Source: Octopus vulgaris (Eukaryota). Taken from it: a stretch of DNA of 64,000 nt. The DNA is taken from positions 88,598,001-88,662,000 of the forward strand of contig OX597817.1 in NCBI GenBank assembly GCA_951406725.2, read 5' to 3'. This document shows positions 12,001 through 26,107 of this stretch, piece by piece. How positions within the stretch are numbered: the stretch's first letter is position 1; the number at the start of each line of letters is the position of its first letter. A program made the position numbers and the translations under genes. A model generated the notes under the pieces. It saw only the letters and a program-made list of their open reading frames with translations. It was not told the origin of the DNA and ran no database searches.

Positions 12001-15000
12001 AGTAATGAGGTCGAATTGTTTATTTGTCAGGGTAGTGCCTCAGCATGGCCATGTCCAATAACTGAAAACAAAAAATAAAACGATGAAGGCTAAAGGCATT
12101 AAGCATGTATCTGTTGGACAGTGCTTCCATTACACACTAAATTGCTTATAAACAGTGAAAAATAATTTAATTTCTTTCTTGAAAATTAAATTTTCAAGAG
12201 AGACCAAACAATACTTTATTAAATGAGGTGGTGTCAAAAGGTTCCTGGACTAGTTATGTTTAATAAAAAAAATAACTTATTTATCTAAGTTTTTACATTA
12301 TCTCCTTTGAAATAGTCACCTTGTGCAGCAATACACATTCCTGCCACTTTTGGAATCCAGCCTGGCAGTCGTTTTCCGTAAATGAGTTGAGGACCTTCTG
12401 TGATTTACTCTGCATCTTGACAATGGTGTTAAAACAGGGACCTTTGAGCTACATTTTCATCTTGGGGAAGTGATGGAAGTCTGCAGGTACTAAATCTGGT
12501 GAATTGGATGGGTGCGGAAGCAATACCATGTTGTTTTGGGTGAGAAACTCTCAAGTGAGGAGAGCTCAGTGACAGGGTGCATTGTCATCATGAAGAATCC
12601 TATTCTTTTTACTCTACGGATCCAGTTGCTTTCACCAAATGTCCTCCCTCAAATGCTTTAAAACATTACAGTAGAACACTTGATTGACAGTCTGGCCCTG
12701 GGGATAAATTCTCAATGCACAATACCACATTTCCAGAGGTGACACTTTTGACAGGTCTTCCAGATCATTCATCACTTTCCAAGGACTTTCTTTTGCTTTT
12801 GAAGTGCTTGTGCCATTCAATACATTACGTACAACCCATTGCCACATTACTGTAAGCTTGTTGAAGCATGATCAATGTCTCTGTAGCAGACTGCCCAAGC
12901 TTAACGCAAAATTTCATGTTGACCCTTTGTTCTTGTCCATAACAAAATCACAGACTACAGCATACACATGATCACAAAAACACAAATTTTCATGCAGCAA
13001 TGTCACTTGGCACACTGCCTCATGAAGGTCACTGTTAGCTCTCACTGTGCACACAACCATATGCTGCCATCTGTTGGCATGCTACAGAACTAGTCTGGGA
13101 ACTTTTTGATACCACCTCATATATACTAGATATACCTTTATTAAGAACATCTCTGGATCAGTTATATAGTTCAACATTTATGGTATATTTTGAAGATGCA
13201 AATGAAGTGTTTTTTATCCTCTTCGGGTTGATAAAATAAATTTCAGTTGAGGACCGGGGTCAATATAATTGACTAGCCCTGCCTCCACCAATGATGATGA
13301 TGATTATTTTTTTTCCAGCACAGAGCAGCAGGGTAACTGGAGAGGAAATTGAAATAAAATGTCCACATGTATTTCTGGAAAATATTTTAGAGCCATTACC
13401 TTCACCTGATCTTCATTTAAATTTCGACTCACCTACTGATACAATATCCTGCTTTGATGCAAGTAACTTAAGTGACACTGTCATTACATCATATTCACAA
13501 ACCATAGGTATGTTGGATCATTCATTAACACCCTTCTTCTGCACTCTCTATTAGATATTGTTATCATATTCGTAATATGCCATTACCATTAACTTCTTCA
13601 TTGTAAATAATGTAGAAATTTGATTTATTTTACTATTGAAATATCTTAAACTGTAAAAGCCATAGTATCCTTCATACACACTTAACCACATCTACTCACT
13701 ATTATTTAGGGATACCATAGTTCTCAGTTAACCAAGCCTTTGATCCTGTTTCATTTTCCAGTTGAAGCCTGTTAGTATTACTGAAAAATTCTTTAATACT
13801 ACAACATCTCATCTCCCACACTTACATAAGTACTAGGCTTGTATCATGATTGTTGGGGAAATTTTCCAGATAGTTGCAACAATATATGTTGCCACAGTAG
13901 TAACTTTCAGTTCTGACCTTAAATCCTACCAGGACAAACTTTGCAATGTAGGAAAGTTATGTAGAAAGTGAAGGAAATATGAATGAGTCATGAAGGTGGA
14001 GGAGATGATGAGGGTCAGTGATAGGGAGACAATGCAATGTAAAGTGTAAAAGGATAAATGGTATCGTACATTCCACCTGAATGAGTAGTACAACAGTTTG
14101 AAGGTTGATGGAGCAATGGAAAATGAGTTGTTGGGGAAGGTTTGATGAGAGCTTATTTCCATCCATCCATCCATCCATCCACACATACACACACACACAC
14201 ATACACACACACACTCACACACACATGCACACACATACATACATACATACATACATACATACATACATACATACAAACAAACAAACAAACAAACAAACAA
14301 ACAAACAAACAAATATGGTGCATCTCTTTTCTAAGGTCATTTGTATGAATTTAGAAAAAGACACATAGCTCATCAAAGAAAGGCTGTATTTAAAAAGAAA
14401 TTGGTACAAATAATCCTGAGAATACTTTTATTACACCTATTCAATGAATCCACTGTTAGCATCAATGGCTGCTTCAATATAAGATTGGAAGAGTTGACAT
14501 GCCTGAATAAGATCACCATTATCAATTTTGGACATAGTACTGACTTTGGCAGACTTGAGAGATGGTATAGTGTTATGAGGATATTGATTGACCTCCCTCT
14601 TGACTACAACCAATATGTAATAGTCCAATGGATTGAGGTCTGGCAAGCTAGGCGGTCATGTGTCTGGAAGAACAGGATCTTAGAGATTGGCACACATCCA
14701 CAGTTGGGTTATCCTAGCCTTGTGAGACAGTGCAGAGTTTTGTTGGAAGACATATGGTCCTCCATTTCATAGTCTGTCTGTCTATGGTCTCACAACTTTC
14801 TGCAGTACCTCTCTGTAGACAATGGCATTGACTGTTAAGCCTTGTGAAGAGAGTGAGGAGTTATGACACCTCCCTCGTTGCTGATGATTCCTAGAACCAT
14901 CATGATTGCTGGGAACTTAATATGCATAACTGTTGGAACCTCATTCAGGTCCCTGCATAACTATCTATTGTTCTTTCAGTTTATCTTTTGGAAATGATCA

Positions 15001-18000
15001 AAGTTTTTCTCATTGGAGAAAAACCAAAGCATTCCAGCCTTTTGTGTTTTCACTTGTTTAACAAGTGCTTTGCACAGATCAAATGATTCTTTCTTGCCAC
15101 ATTCAACCATAATCTGACCCCTCTATATCACATGACTTGTACCATATACTCTTATGCAGAACTCTTCTGATGATGCATTCCGAAACCTTGGAGTCCTTTG
15201 CAATGGCTTTGATTGGCTTTCTAGAGTTTTGTTGATTATTTCTTGGACATTTTGTATTAGGTAGTATTAGGATTATGTGCATGTTTTGCACTTGGCTGCT
15301 TATGTTGGATTCCTATTAGTGGCTTTCAGCTTCCTTTAGACTTTGACAATAAAGGATCGGGCAACTTTCTGGTAACGAGCTATCTCTGTATCACTATGTG
15401 GTGTTTTTAAGGCAACAATTATTGTGTGTCTTTTTATTTGCTGAGTTAACTGGCATTTATCTGCAAAGTAAGACAAAAAACAAGTTAGAAGAAAGTTCTT
15501 GATAGAGGTATCCTCAAAAAACTGATGCATCCTTTATAAATAGACATACACATTAATACATGTGTTTGTGTGTGCTCCCTCTCGGGCAATGCAAATTGTC
15601 CATTGAGAGTTAGTTCATATCCACTGCTGTGTTTTATTGTCTCTTGCCAGAACATTTATTTCTATATGCTTCAGTCAACTTCTCTGTTAAAACTTAGCAT
15701 CACCAGTTTTTATGGGAATGTTACTTATGCCTACCTGCCTACTGTCCTACTCCAAAGAAGTTTATTTGGTCTCATTTGCTCTATGTCTATGAGCATTAAA
15801 GGCTAATGTGATACAATTTTATATATCAAGTAAAGAAATTTAGTTTATTTTCCTCTAGAATATAGATTGATTTTATTTTTATAATTAATTTTTATATGAC
15901 TTACAATGTTTTTTTACCTTCAGAACTTTTATTGCATAAAAATGAGAAGGATCTTGCTGCCCAATTGTTATCTGAGATGGGTCACGTCCAATTGGTATCT
16001 GGAGATAGGAAGTAAGTCTTCATGAAAATTCTTTGAATTTATGTCCTCCTCTAGCTGAGAACTCTTTTTTAAAAGTATATTATTATTTAGTAGTAATGAT
16101 ATAGGTGCAGGTGTGACTGTGATAAGAAGCTTGCTTCCCAACCACATGGTTCCAGGTTCAGTCCCACTGTGTGACACCTTGGGCAACTGTCCTCTACTAT
16201 AAAATTCTTCAAGGCAGTGCCCCAGCATAACTGCAGTCAAATGACTCAAACAAGGAAAAGATTAAAGATAATATATCACTTTGAATTAATCAAATTTTCT
16301 TAAGTCATTTAGTATTTCTTTTTTATCTTTTATTTGTTTCAGACATTGCACTGCATCCATGCTGGGGCACTGCATCAAAAGGTTTAGTCAAATAAATGAA
16401 CCCCAGATCTTATTTTTTTTAAACCTAGTACTTTCTGTCAGTTTCTTTTGCTGAACTGCTAAGTTACAGGGATGTAAATAAACCAACACTAGTTGTCAAG
16501 CAGTGATGGGAGACAAACAAAGCACAGACAGACAGACACACACACACATACATACACACACACATACACAGATACATACATACATACATACATCCATACA
16601 TACATACATATATTATACTAGCTGAATTATCCAGCATTGCCTGGTTTTGTGATGTTCTTATTCAGATTAATAAACAATAAATATGAAAGACCCAGTTTCA
16701 CTTCGGTTATAAACTTGGGCTATAAACTCATAGCCTTAACTCAGCACTCTTTGCTTGTAGTGTAAGATTAGTGTATTTCTCAGAAAGTAACACTTACTTT
16801 TAATACTCAAAGGTTGTATGTATGTTATAAAGCAGTCTTTTGCCACTGTTGTATCTGTCTTTGTACGATGGTTGTTAATCTGACAGATATTGTCATATTC
16901 TGAAGTCATCGATAGGATGGTTCTATCTGTTACTGTATGAACCCCAGTCATACAGCGTTATTATCCTCAAAAGGTTGGATCATTATAGCATCCACTCGGT
17001 ACCACAGTATAATTGCTATATCAGCACATACATGAATATCAACACAGTCTACACATACTCTATGTATTCTCCTATTTATAGTGACTAACTCATATCACTT
17101 GTCACTTGGGAGGGGTTTACCATCATTACTAATTCTCTACAACATCTCCCCTTTTAAGTTTTTCTTAGGAAGTATCATTTTATTTAGCGATAATATTTTT
17201 ATTCACCCCATCTCCCTATTTTGAGGTTTTTGTTTTGTACAATTCAATATTTTTTTCCCTTGGCATCTATTTTCAGGAACTCTGTATGTTTTCTTTTCCT
17301 TCACTTGTACACCTGAGTTCAATCACTTGCAGTGGCACTGGTACTTGGAATGTATTGTACAACTATTCCATAGGTTCCTCTAACTTCTTTGGTTCACTTT
17401 CCGTAACTCCCTTTTTCAGTTGGTTCCTGTGCCTTTTTTGTATGCCTTTTCTACTTTTTACCCAATACATCATTTTACCCATGTATTAATTATTTCACTC
17501 TCTTCCCAGTTCTGCTTTCTGTTTGTGTATGTCCTCAGATACACCTTGTCACCAACTTTAAAAAATCCTGCTATGTCTTCCCTGGCACTTTTTCTTTTCT
17601 TGCTAGGTAGCAATTTATAAAAAAACTGACTTTACTTTCCTTGCAAACATCAGCGCCACTGGTGAGCTACCTGCTGGTGTATTCGGATTTGATGTTACAT
17701 GGTACACTCTTAAAAATTGTTGAAAAGCTACCTCATCCATGCTTTCCTTATTTGCTTTTCTTAAAGCTCTTTTGAAAGTATCAACAAAGTGTTCTGCCTG
17801 TCCATTTGATCTGGGATGATATGGCACTGTAGTTATATGTTCTACTACAAACATTTCACAAAATTAAAAAAATCTACTTGACACAAATTGTTTTCCATCG
17901 TCAAACACTATCTTGAGTGGGATGCCAAATCTTGCAAACAATATGTGTGAAAAATTTATCACAGTTGAGAAGTTGGTCTTTAACACAATTTCAGGCCATT

Positions 18001-21000
18001 TTGAAAAACTATCAACTGCCACTAAGTAGTAAGAACCATTTAAAGGACCCACTACATCGATGTATAGTCTCAACCATGGAACATCTACTTTTGAACAATG
18101 TTTACCTTTTATTGCGGACAATTTTTCATTTCATTTTGGCTTGCATACAGGTGTATTGTGTTTTACTGCAATTTTTTGTTTCAATCTTTCGGCCTCATTT
18201 GAAGCAACTATATTTCTACACAAAACACTTATTGATGTATTCCATAAATTGAATAATTCTGTCCACTCTGTGCCAAATAGATTAAGTGAATGTTTTAATA
18301 CATACATCTTAGCCTTTAGCCTTTTTTGTTTTACCTTGAAATGTTATGTTACACACACATTCACTGATAAAATATAATTTTTTTCTCATAATACCATATG
18401 CTACCTTTTTAGATTTAATTAATTTCAGCTTACCGATATGTTTCCACATATTTTCGTTTATAATAGTCACATCACTCCCTGTGTTGAACTTCAATTTTAC
18501 ATTTGTATTTTTAATTTTCACATGTATGAATTTTCTGTTCCCAATGGTATACTATTTTATTTTTCATTGTTCTGACGTTTTGTCATTTTCATTTTACATT
18601 GCAACTTTATATGTCCTATATTTCCACAATGAAAACACTCCACTTTTTAACTGGACAATTTTTCCTCAGGTGCATCACATGCAAAATATGGGTTTATATC
18701 CTGATGTTTGTCGTGCTTTTTAGAAAACATTTTATCTCAATTCAGACTCTTCCGCACTGGTTTTACTTGGAAACCATCTTTATGTTCAACTTCCTCTGTG
18801 TTGTGTTTTAATTTAGTTATCCTTATGCAGGGTTACATCCTGGCTTTGCTCCAGCTTTGCAAGAATTCTAGTTCTGATTTCTGCATCTTTTTCAGCAATT
18901 AGTCCTTGTGTAAAAATCAGGCATTTGAAGATATCTGGAGTTAATTCATCCAGCTTAAACTTCTCGCGTTCCCTGTTTACTCTACCAACATATGTAATGT
19001 AGTCCTTATTACTATTTTCCTCTATGTTCAGATACTTCTACTGTGTGCTGAACAAGGAGCTTTTTTCATTGAAAATCTTACACAATATATCTATTGTATC
19101 ACTAAACTTTGTTTGATGGTTTTCTTGGGAGTACAAAATTACTGTATCATTCATGTTTTGCTGGTACCAGTTTTCTCAAGATTAAATGAGTTTTTATCTT
19201 GTCATCCCAATCTTTACATTCTTCCTCAAAGATTTGTTCTTACCTTCTGTAGTATGCTTTGAAGGTAACTCCTTCATCAAGTTTGTATTTGAATTCAGTT
19301 ATTGAATTCGCAACTTAGTCTCGCAACAACACTTTTTCTGGCTTTCCTGACAACTTCAGTAATTGCCGCACTTGTTGCTGTAATATTAATTGTTGTTGCT
19401 CTTGCAGTTGTATCTGCTGTTGTTGTTCTTTCAACTGCTGTTGTTTTTACCACTCAAGCAAATCGGCTAATAAATCTTCCATGATTTTACAATTTTTCAT
19501 AAAATTTACACAAGAACTTTGTGAGTTTGTTAACTCCTCAATGAGTTTCTATTAACTCCACATGAATTGACTAATCTTCGTTGAGTTTATCAATTTCTCA
19601 TGAGTTGTTTAAATCCTCTTCGAGTTTCTATTAACTCTACATGAATTGTTTATCCTTGTCGCCACTGTTATAAAATCATCTTTTGCCACTCTTGTATCTG
19701 TCTTTGTATGAGGGTTATTGCTCTGACAGATATTATTATATTCTGAAGTTGTCAAGAGGATGTTTCTATCTGGTACTGTACGAACCCCAGTCATACAGTG
19801 TTATTAAACTGATGCCTCGTGAGTGAATTTGGTAAATGGGAACTGTTTGGAAGCCTGTCGTGTATATATGTGTGTTTGTGTCTGAGTTTATCCTTACCTC
19901 CACTGCATGACAACTAATGTTGGTTTGTTTATGTTCCTATAACTTAGCACTTTGGTAAAATAAATTTCAATAGATTAAGAACTAGGCTTTAAAGAGTAAG
20001 TACTGGGGTTGACTTGTTCAACTAAAAAAATAACCTTTCAATGTGGTATCCCAACATGGCTATAGTCCAATGACTGAAAGTGCAAAAGTGAAAAAAGGAA
20101 AATTAAATATTAGTTTTCCTTCTCCCCACTACTTTGGGACTGTATCTAAGCTGTTTTGAAATAAAATATTTGTTAAAAGAAACTAGACAGCAAATAAATG
20201 ACATGTTTTTGCATTTTTTTAAAAATAATAATACCTTTCTGTGAATTGTCTACTAGAGCAGCTTTCCAATCTTGGAATAATTCTCTTGAACTAATTCTTC
20301 GATTAAACAAAAAATCTGTAAACAAATGGAGAAGTGTCTACCAAGATGATACTGATGCTCACTTATTGAAGACCTGTGGAATCTGGGGTTGTCTCCTTGG
20401 AGGCACTGTTGCAGTATTCATTGCAAGGTAATCATAAAGATTTGCTGAATGGCTATCAATATGTCCTTTATGTTTCGTATAGAATTGAATATTCTTTTTC
20501 TAACTCTTTTTTTTTTAAATCTACCTAAAAATTTACCACAAGGGAGGCCTCACATGTTTACCCAGTTTAACCCTTTAGTGTTTAGATTAATCTGCCAAAT
20601 GCAATGATTATGCATTCACACTGTTTTGAATTAATTGTGCATTATTTCATAGTTTGGGGATTTTGATGGTGTGATTGTTTAATTTTAGAATTACATTGTA
20701 AGGTAGGAGTGAAAGGCCAAATCTGGCTAGTTTGAATGCAAGACAGGCAAAATATTTGGGCTGGATATTATTGATTTAAATGTTAGTGGTTGATATCACC
20801 ATTTGCTCCAAATTACTTCCCCATTTAGATATTCCTTTCAGACATTTGCCTTCTCGTGTTTTCAGACTGTACAGCAGGTTCGTTATTCTAAATTGTCTTG
20901 GAGAGCTTGCAAAGATCATCAGCCCTGCTCTTTTTCCCTTAGCTTATTAAAATAAATTTTAATGATGACAACCCAACTTTTTTAATTAAAAATTAAGTTT

Positions 21001-21851
21001 AGAAACAATAGCATTTTCATTTACTTCTTACAGATGTTTATTTTTTCTTATAAAATGTATTTTTGTTTCAAATGATTTTATAGGCCCACAATATTTGATC
21101 TCTAACAAGCTGGCAAGTTTAATGCCATCATTTGTTTCATGAAATCCTGAAGCAAAGTTTACTGTATGGTTGGAGAAGGAAATGGAGTTTGGTTTGGATT
21201 CTTGCAATGTATTTCCTTTAGACTTTCACTTCAGGCTACATATCAGGTGCATCACTCTGTCAACATGGGAGAGTTTGGAAATAATCTTTCAAATTATTAG
21301 CTTCATCTTCAGAGATGAAAAAACTTTTAATACTTACAAATACACTCTGTTTCAATCAGTCTGATCTTTGATGATCATTAAGCTTATTTCTGAATATAGA
21401 TTTTGAGAAACTAAGACTAATAACACTCTAATCCATTTTGCCATTCATGCATGTACCAACTGTATTCTCTATTTCCAAGTAACCATCATCAAAGAATTCT
21501 GTTTCTACAACTGAATTGGTAGTATTTTAACAACAGAAATTGTTACATTTTCTAATTTTCACTCTTAAAAACTTGAACAGCTTCAGATTGTTACTTTGTA
21601 ATTATGACTATGTAACTTCTAAAATTTTGGCTATTGCTCTTAATCTACAGATACTGTATAGTAACTGACACCAGTCTTCAGTTGGAGTTCTGCTTCTTAG
21701 CTTATCATATGTACAAGGTAGGTTGTGTAACTATTTAACAAGCCATATAACATGTTTTTCTGAAATTTGTGTGGGAATAAATGTTATTTTTACATAAGAA
21801 TGGTTGTAATTACACTGAAGGATCATTTCATGAAATTTAACTATTATATGG

Positions 21852-21896
<45 letters not shown>

Positions 21897-24800
21897 AGAG
21901 TAAACACATAAATGTGAAACAAGGTGGAAAAAAGAGTACTCAAATACCAGTGGTAGAGTAATATGCTTTATTTAAAGCAGCAGAAAATTCAACAAAACCT
22001 GTTACTCTGAGTTTCCCATTGCCATTCATCGGACAGTTTTTGCTAGAATTGCAAAAACTGTCTGATGAACGGCAATGGGAAACTCAGAGTAACAGGTTTT
22101 GTTGAATTTTCTGCTGCCTTAAATAAAGTATATATATATATATATTAATTCTATACAATAGTTAAATTATATATGTTTGAAATAATAATAACATAGATGA
22201 TACATATGATAATATATATAATGATATACATGTAATAATGTATACAAGGTCAAAAATTATTGGGACTATTGTTGTAAAAAGAAAACTATAACACATATTG
22301 ATTCGGCATTTAATCCTTTTCAAAACCATCTAGAGGCATTTCCATTGATGAAACTCCTTTTTAGGAATAACAAGCAGCTGCCTTGTTGCATTCTTTTAGA
22401 TTTCCTTGATATTTTGAAATCTTGTTGGGTTCTTCCATTATGAAGACTGAACTTTGGTTTCAGGGTCATAGCTATAGATTCATGATTTGTCACCTGTTAT
22501 GACTGTTTTCAAAACATTATCATCTTCCTCAACACAGTCAAGGAGATCCTGCACAGTTGAAACCCAATGTTCTTTCTGAGATGACCACACTTTACTCACT
22601 TTACTTTCAAGCACTGCTATAAACAACAGAAGTGACTGAGAACATTATAACTTAGTGTGCAAGGATTTTCTACAGTAATTATTTTCCGCCCTCAACATTT
22701 CCATTGTTATACCATCCTTTCCAGAGGCTTTATTTCCTTTCATCAGTTTCAAATATAAATTTACATGAATTGGAGGTGACAGCATTCAAGAACAAAGATG
22801 GGATCATAGTGATAGGCAAAAGAGAGACTGAGGACTACCTAATCGGTGAAAATGAGACTGCTTTAAAACTGATTTAAGATATCAGAAGACCTCCAAGATT
22901 ATAGGAAGATGGCATAATCAAATAATTTAGGCTCAAGAAGAATAGAAGAGCCCAATTAAGGGAAGGATGAAAGTGCTTTGTGACCAGTGATGTATAAGAA
23001 CATCTGATAGTCCAGCCAATAAATGATATAAGGAGATAATGTATTTATAATTCATAAAGGCATGTACTAAGCCTTTCTTTAGTTTTCTTCAAAGTACCTA
23101 TTGTACATTTAGTAAATCATACTGAGGTATTTCCAAAAAGATTCTTACTGTCCATATTTTATTGCAGTATTGTATAATACTCTTGGTATATACATTGGGA
23201 AAGAATTTCTTTATCAGTATTATAGATGTAGTTCTCCAAACAACTGCTTTCAAATTGTCATCTTGCTAATATAGAATCTTTCATTTTTCAGTGCTTATTC
23301 AGTCATCTATGCCTAAAACAGAATTTGTTAATGACAAATAAAAAGAATTACTTTATGTTCAAATGCATTTCTACTTTATAACAACTACATTTCAAATATA
23401 TTTGGTAATAGTAGACTGAAGCACTAATTTACTAGACTGTGCAATCTTAACAGTTATAAATTCAGTAATAACAAATGTATTGATTGCAGTTATGTGTACC
23501 ACTGCTTTAGTCTGTTTAAAAGTCTTGTGCCTTCACATATATTCATAGATTTCAGCATCCAGCCATTTAAAAAAAATTTCCAAATATAACAACTCATTCT
23601 TTTCACAAGGCATGGTTTTGATTTCTTTCTTTATTTATTTCAGGCAATTTTCTGTGGTTCCTTGCAACATCCAAATGTTGATGTAAAATTTGCTATGTAC
23701 AATGTAGGTGATAATTTTCTGACTCAAGATATCATCCCTGATATGCATTTATTTTCTGATCACTATCGATGTCCTAGTAGACAACTTATCTTTTCTCTCC
23801 AGTCACTTATTGAAATATTATATATGAATGGACACTATTTAAAGGTATAAAATTCATAGCCACTTATATGTACACATGCATATTACTTTATTCTTTTCAT
23901 CTTTTAGTATTTCTAGTGATTGGACTACAGTAATGCTGAAGTACTGTCTTCAGTTTTGGACTTATTTTATTAAACCTTGTCAATGCATAAAGTTATTGAA
24001 CATAAAAGGATATAACATAAACAATGCCAGCTTTCTTTGTAGATTGGTATAATCATAAACACAGGCATGTACAAATCCATGCACACATACACACATACAT
24101 GAACATACATGTACACATACAATTTTATTAGAGTTCTCCAGGTTATAACAGAGCAGTTTGAGGCCAGCTGTCCTATATACTAATGTCCTTATAGCAGAGT
24201 CTGTGAAAAACTCAGCAATGAACTTCTATATACAGAAACAAAAACCTGAATTGAGAGGCCTTGGGGTAAACTTGATAAAGAGCAAAGTTTTAGTAAGTAG
24301 GAAAGCAGACAAGATTCTTCAAATATGTTCATGATGCAAAAAGTAGTAGGTAGTAACTTCTGTGGTGTACACTGTGAAGTGGGTGCACTAAGATCACAAA
24401 CTAGCTGATGTAGTAGATGTATAGAAGTAATTAGTAGTCAGTAATGTAACTCCTTTTTAATGCTTTGAAGGCTCTACAGAAGTAGTTGGCAGCTTTGTTA
24501 TCTATGCAGCCCAATCAGCTATGAAAGATTGTGCTGAAAGCATAGTAGCCAGAAAAATAACTGAGTGGAAAATGTTCAGGAAGTTATTACCTAGGCTGGC
24601 AACAAGAGGATTTTCTCTTTAAATAAATGATTGATTGCACACTATATCTAAAAAAAGTGTGATGCCACATGGTAGTGAGATGTGACCATTGAATTCAGTG
24701 AATATATGAAGGTTGGAGAGAAATGACATAAGCATGCTCTGATGGATGTGTAATGTTAGTATGCATAAATGACACGGTACAGATAAGCTGAAAGATAAAC

Positions 24801-25834
24801 TAGGCATAAAAGGAATCAGGAAGAAGAGATAAAACTGCATGGGTATGGACATATAAGGAACATGGATGATAACTCTTGAGGTAAAAATTTGCAGGAGAGT
24901 CATGTGGAAGGAAACTGAAAGAGGGAAAACCATGGAGAATGTGGGTATGTGTGATGAAAACTGATTTCAGAATGCTGAATCTAACAAAAGAGATGGCAAA
25001 AGAATACAACACATGGTGAGGTATTGTATTGGAAAGGAGCCACCCAACCCATGCAAGTATAGAATAAGAGCAATAAAAGTGTGATGGTGGGGATAATGAT
25101 GGTGGCAAGAGCAATAGCAATAGTTATAGTAATATCATGCAATGGGACTGAATTCAGAACAGCATGGCTGCAAAGTGAACTTTTTTTGCATAACTATGAA
25201 CATATATGATATACATATAAGTATATTTTCTATTTTACATGTTTCAGTCATTAGACCATGGCCATGAAGAATTTTTAGTCAAATGAATTGGCCCCATTAC
25301 TTATTTTTCTTAATATGGCACTTATTCTATCAGCCTCTTTTGTCAAACTGCTAGTTACAGGGACATAAACACACCAAATCATTGTGTAATATATATATAT
25401 TGTTTGAATTCCACCAAGATCAACTTTGCCTTTCATCCTTTCGGGGTCAATAAATTAAGTACCAGTTGTGTACTTGGGTCGAGCTAATCGATTGGCTCCC
25501 TCCCTCAAAATTTTGGGCCTTGTACTTAGATTAGAAAAGAATATACATATATGTATATATATGGATTTGGTAGACAGAAACTGAAAGAAGCCTGTCATAT
25601 ATGTGTGTGTGTGTGTGTGTGTGTTTGGGTGTTTGTGCTTGTCCTCCCATTACCACTTGACAACCGGTGTTGGTTTACATCCTTGTAATTTAGCGGTTCG
25701 GCAAAAGAGAATGATAAGAGAAGTACTTGACGTAAGAGTTAAGTCCTAAGGTCAGTTTGTTTGATTAAAAACCCTTAAATGCAGTGCCCCAGAAAGGCCA
25801 CAGTTAAATTACTGAAACAAGTAAAAGAATAAAA

Positions 25835-25904
<70 letters not shown>

Positions 25905-25920
25905 GTGTGTATATATATAT

Positions 25921-25964
<44 letters not shown>

Positions 25965-26001
25965 GTATGTATATATATATGTATATATATAGATATATAT
26001 A

Positions 26002-26032
<31 letters not shown>

Positions 26033-26060
26033 TGTGTGTGTGTGTGTGTATATATATATG

Positions 26061-26107
<47 letters not shown>

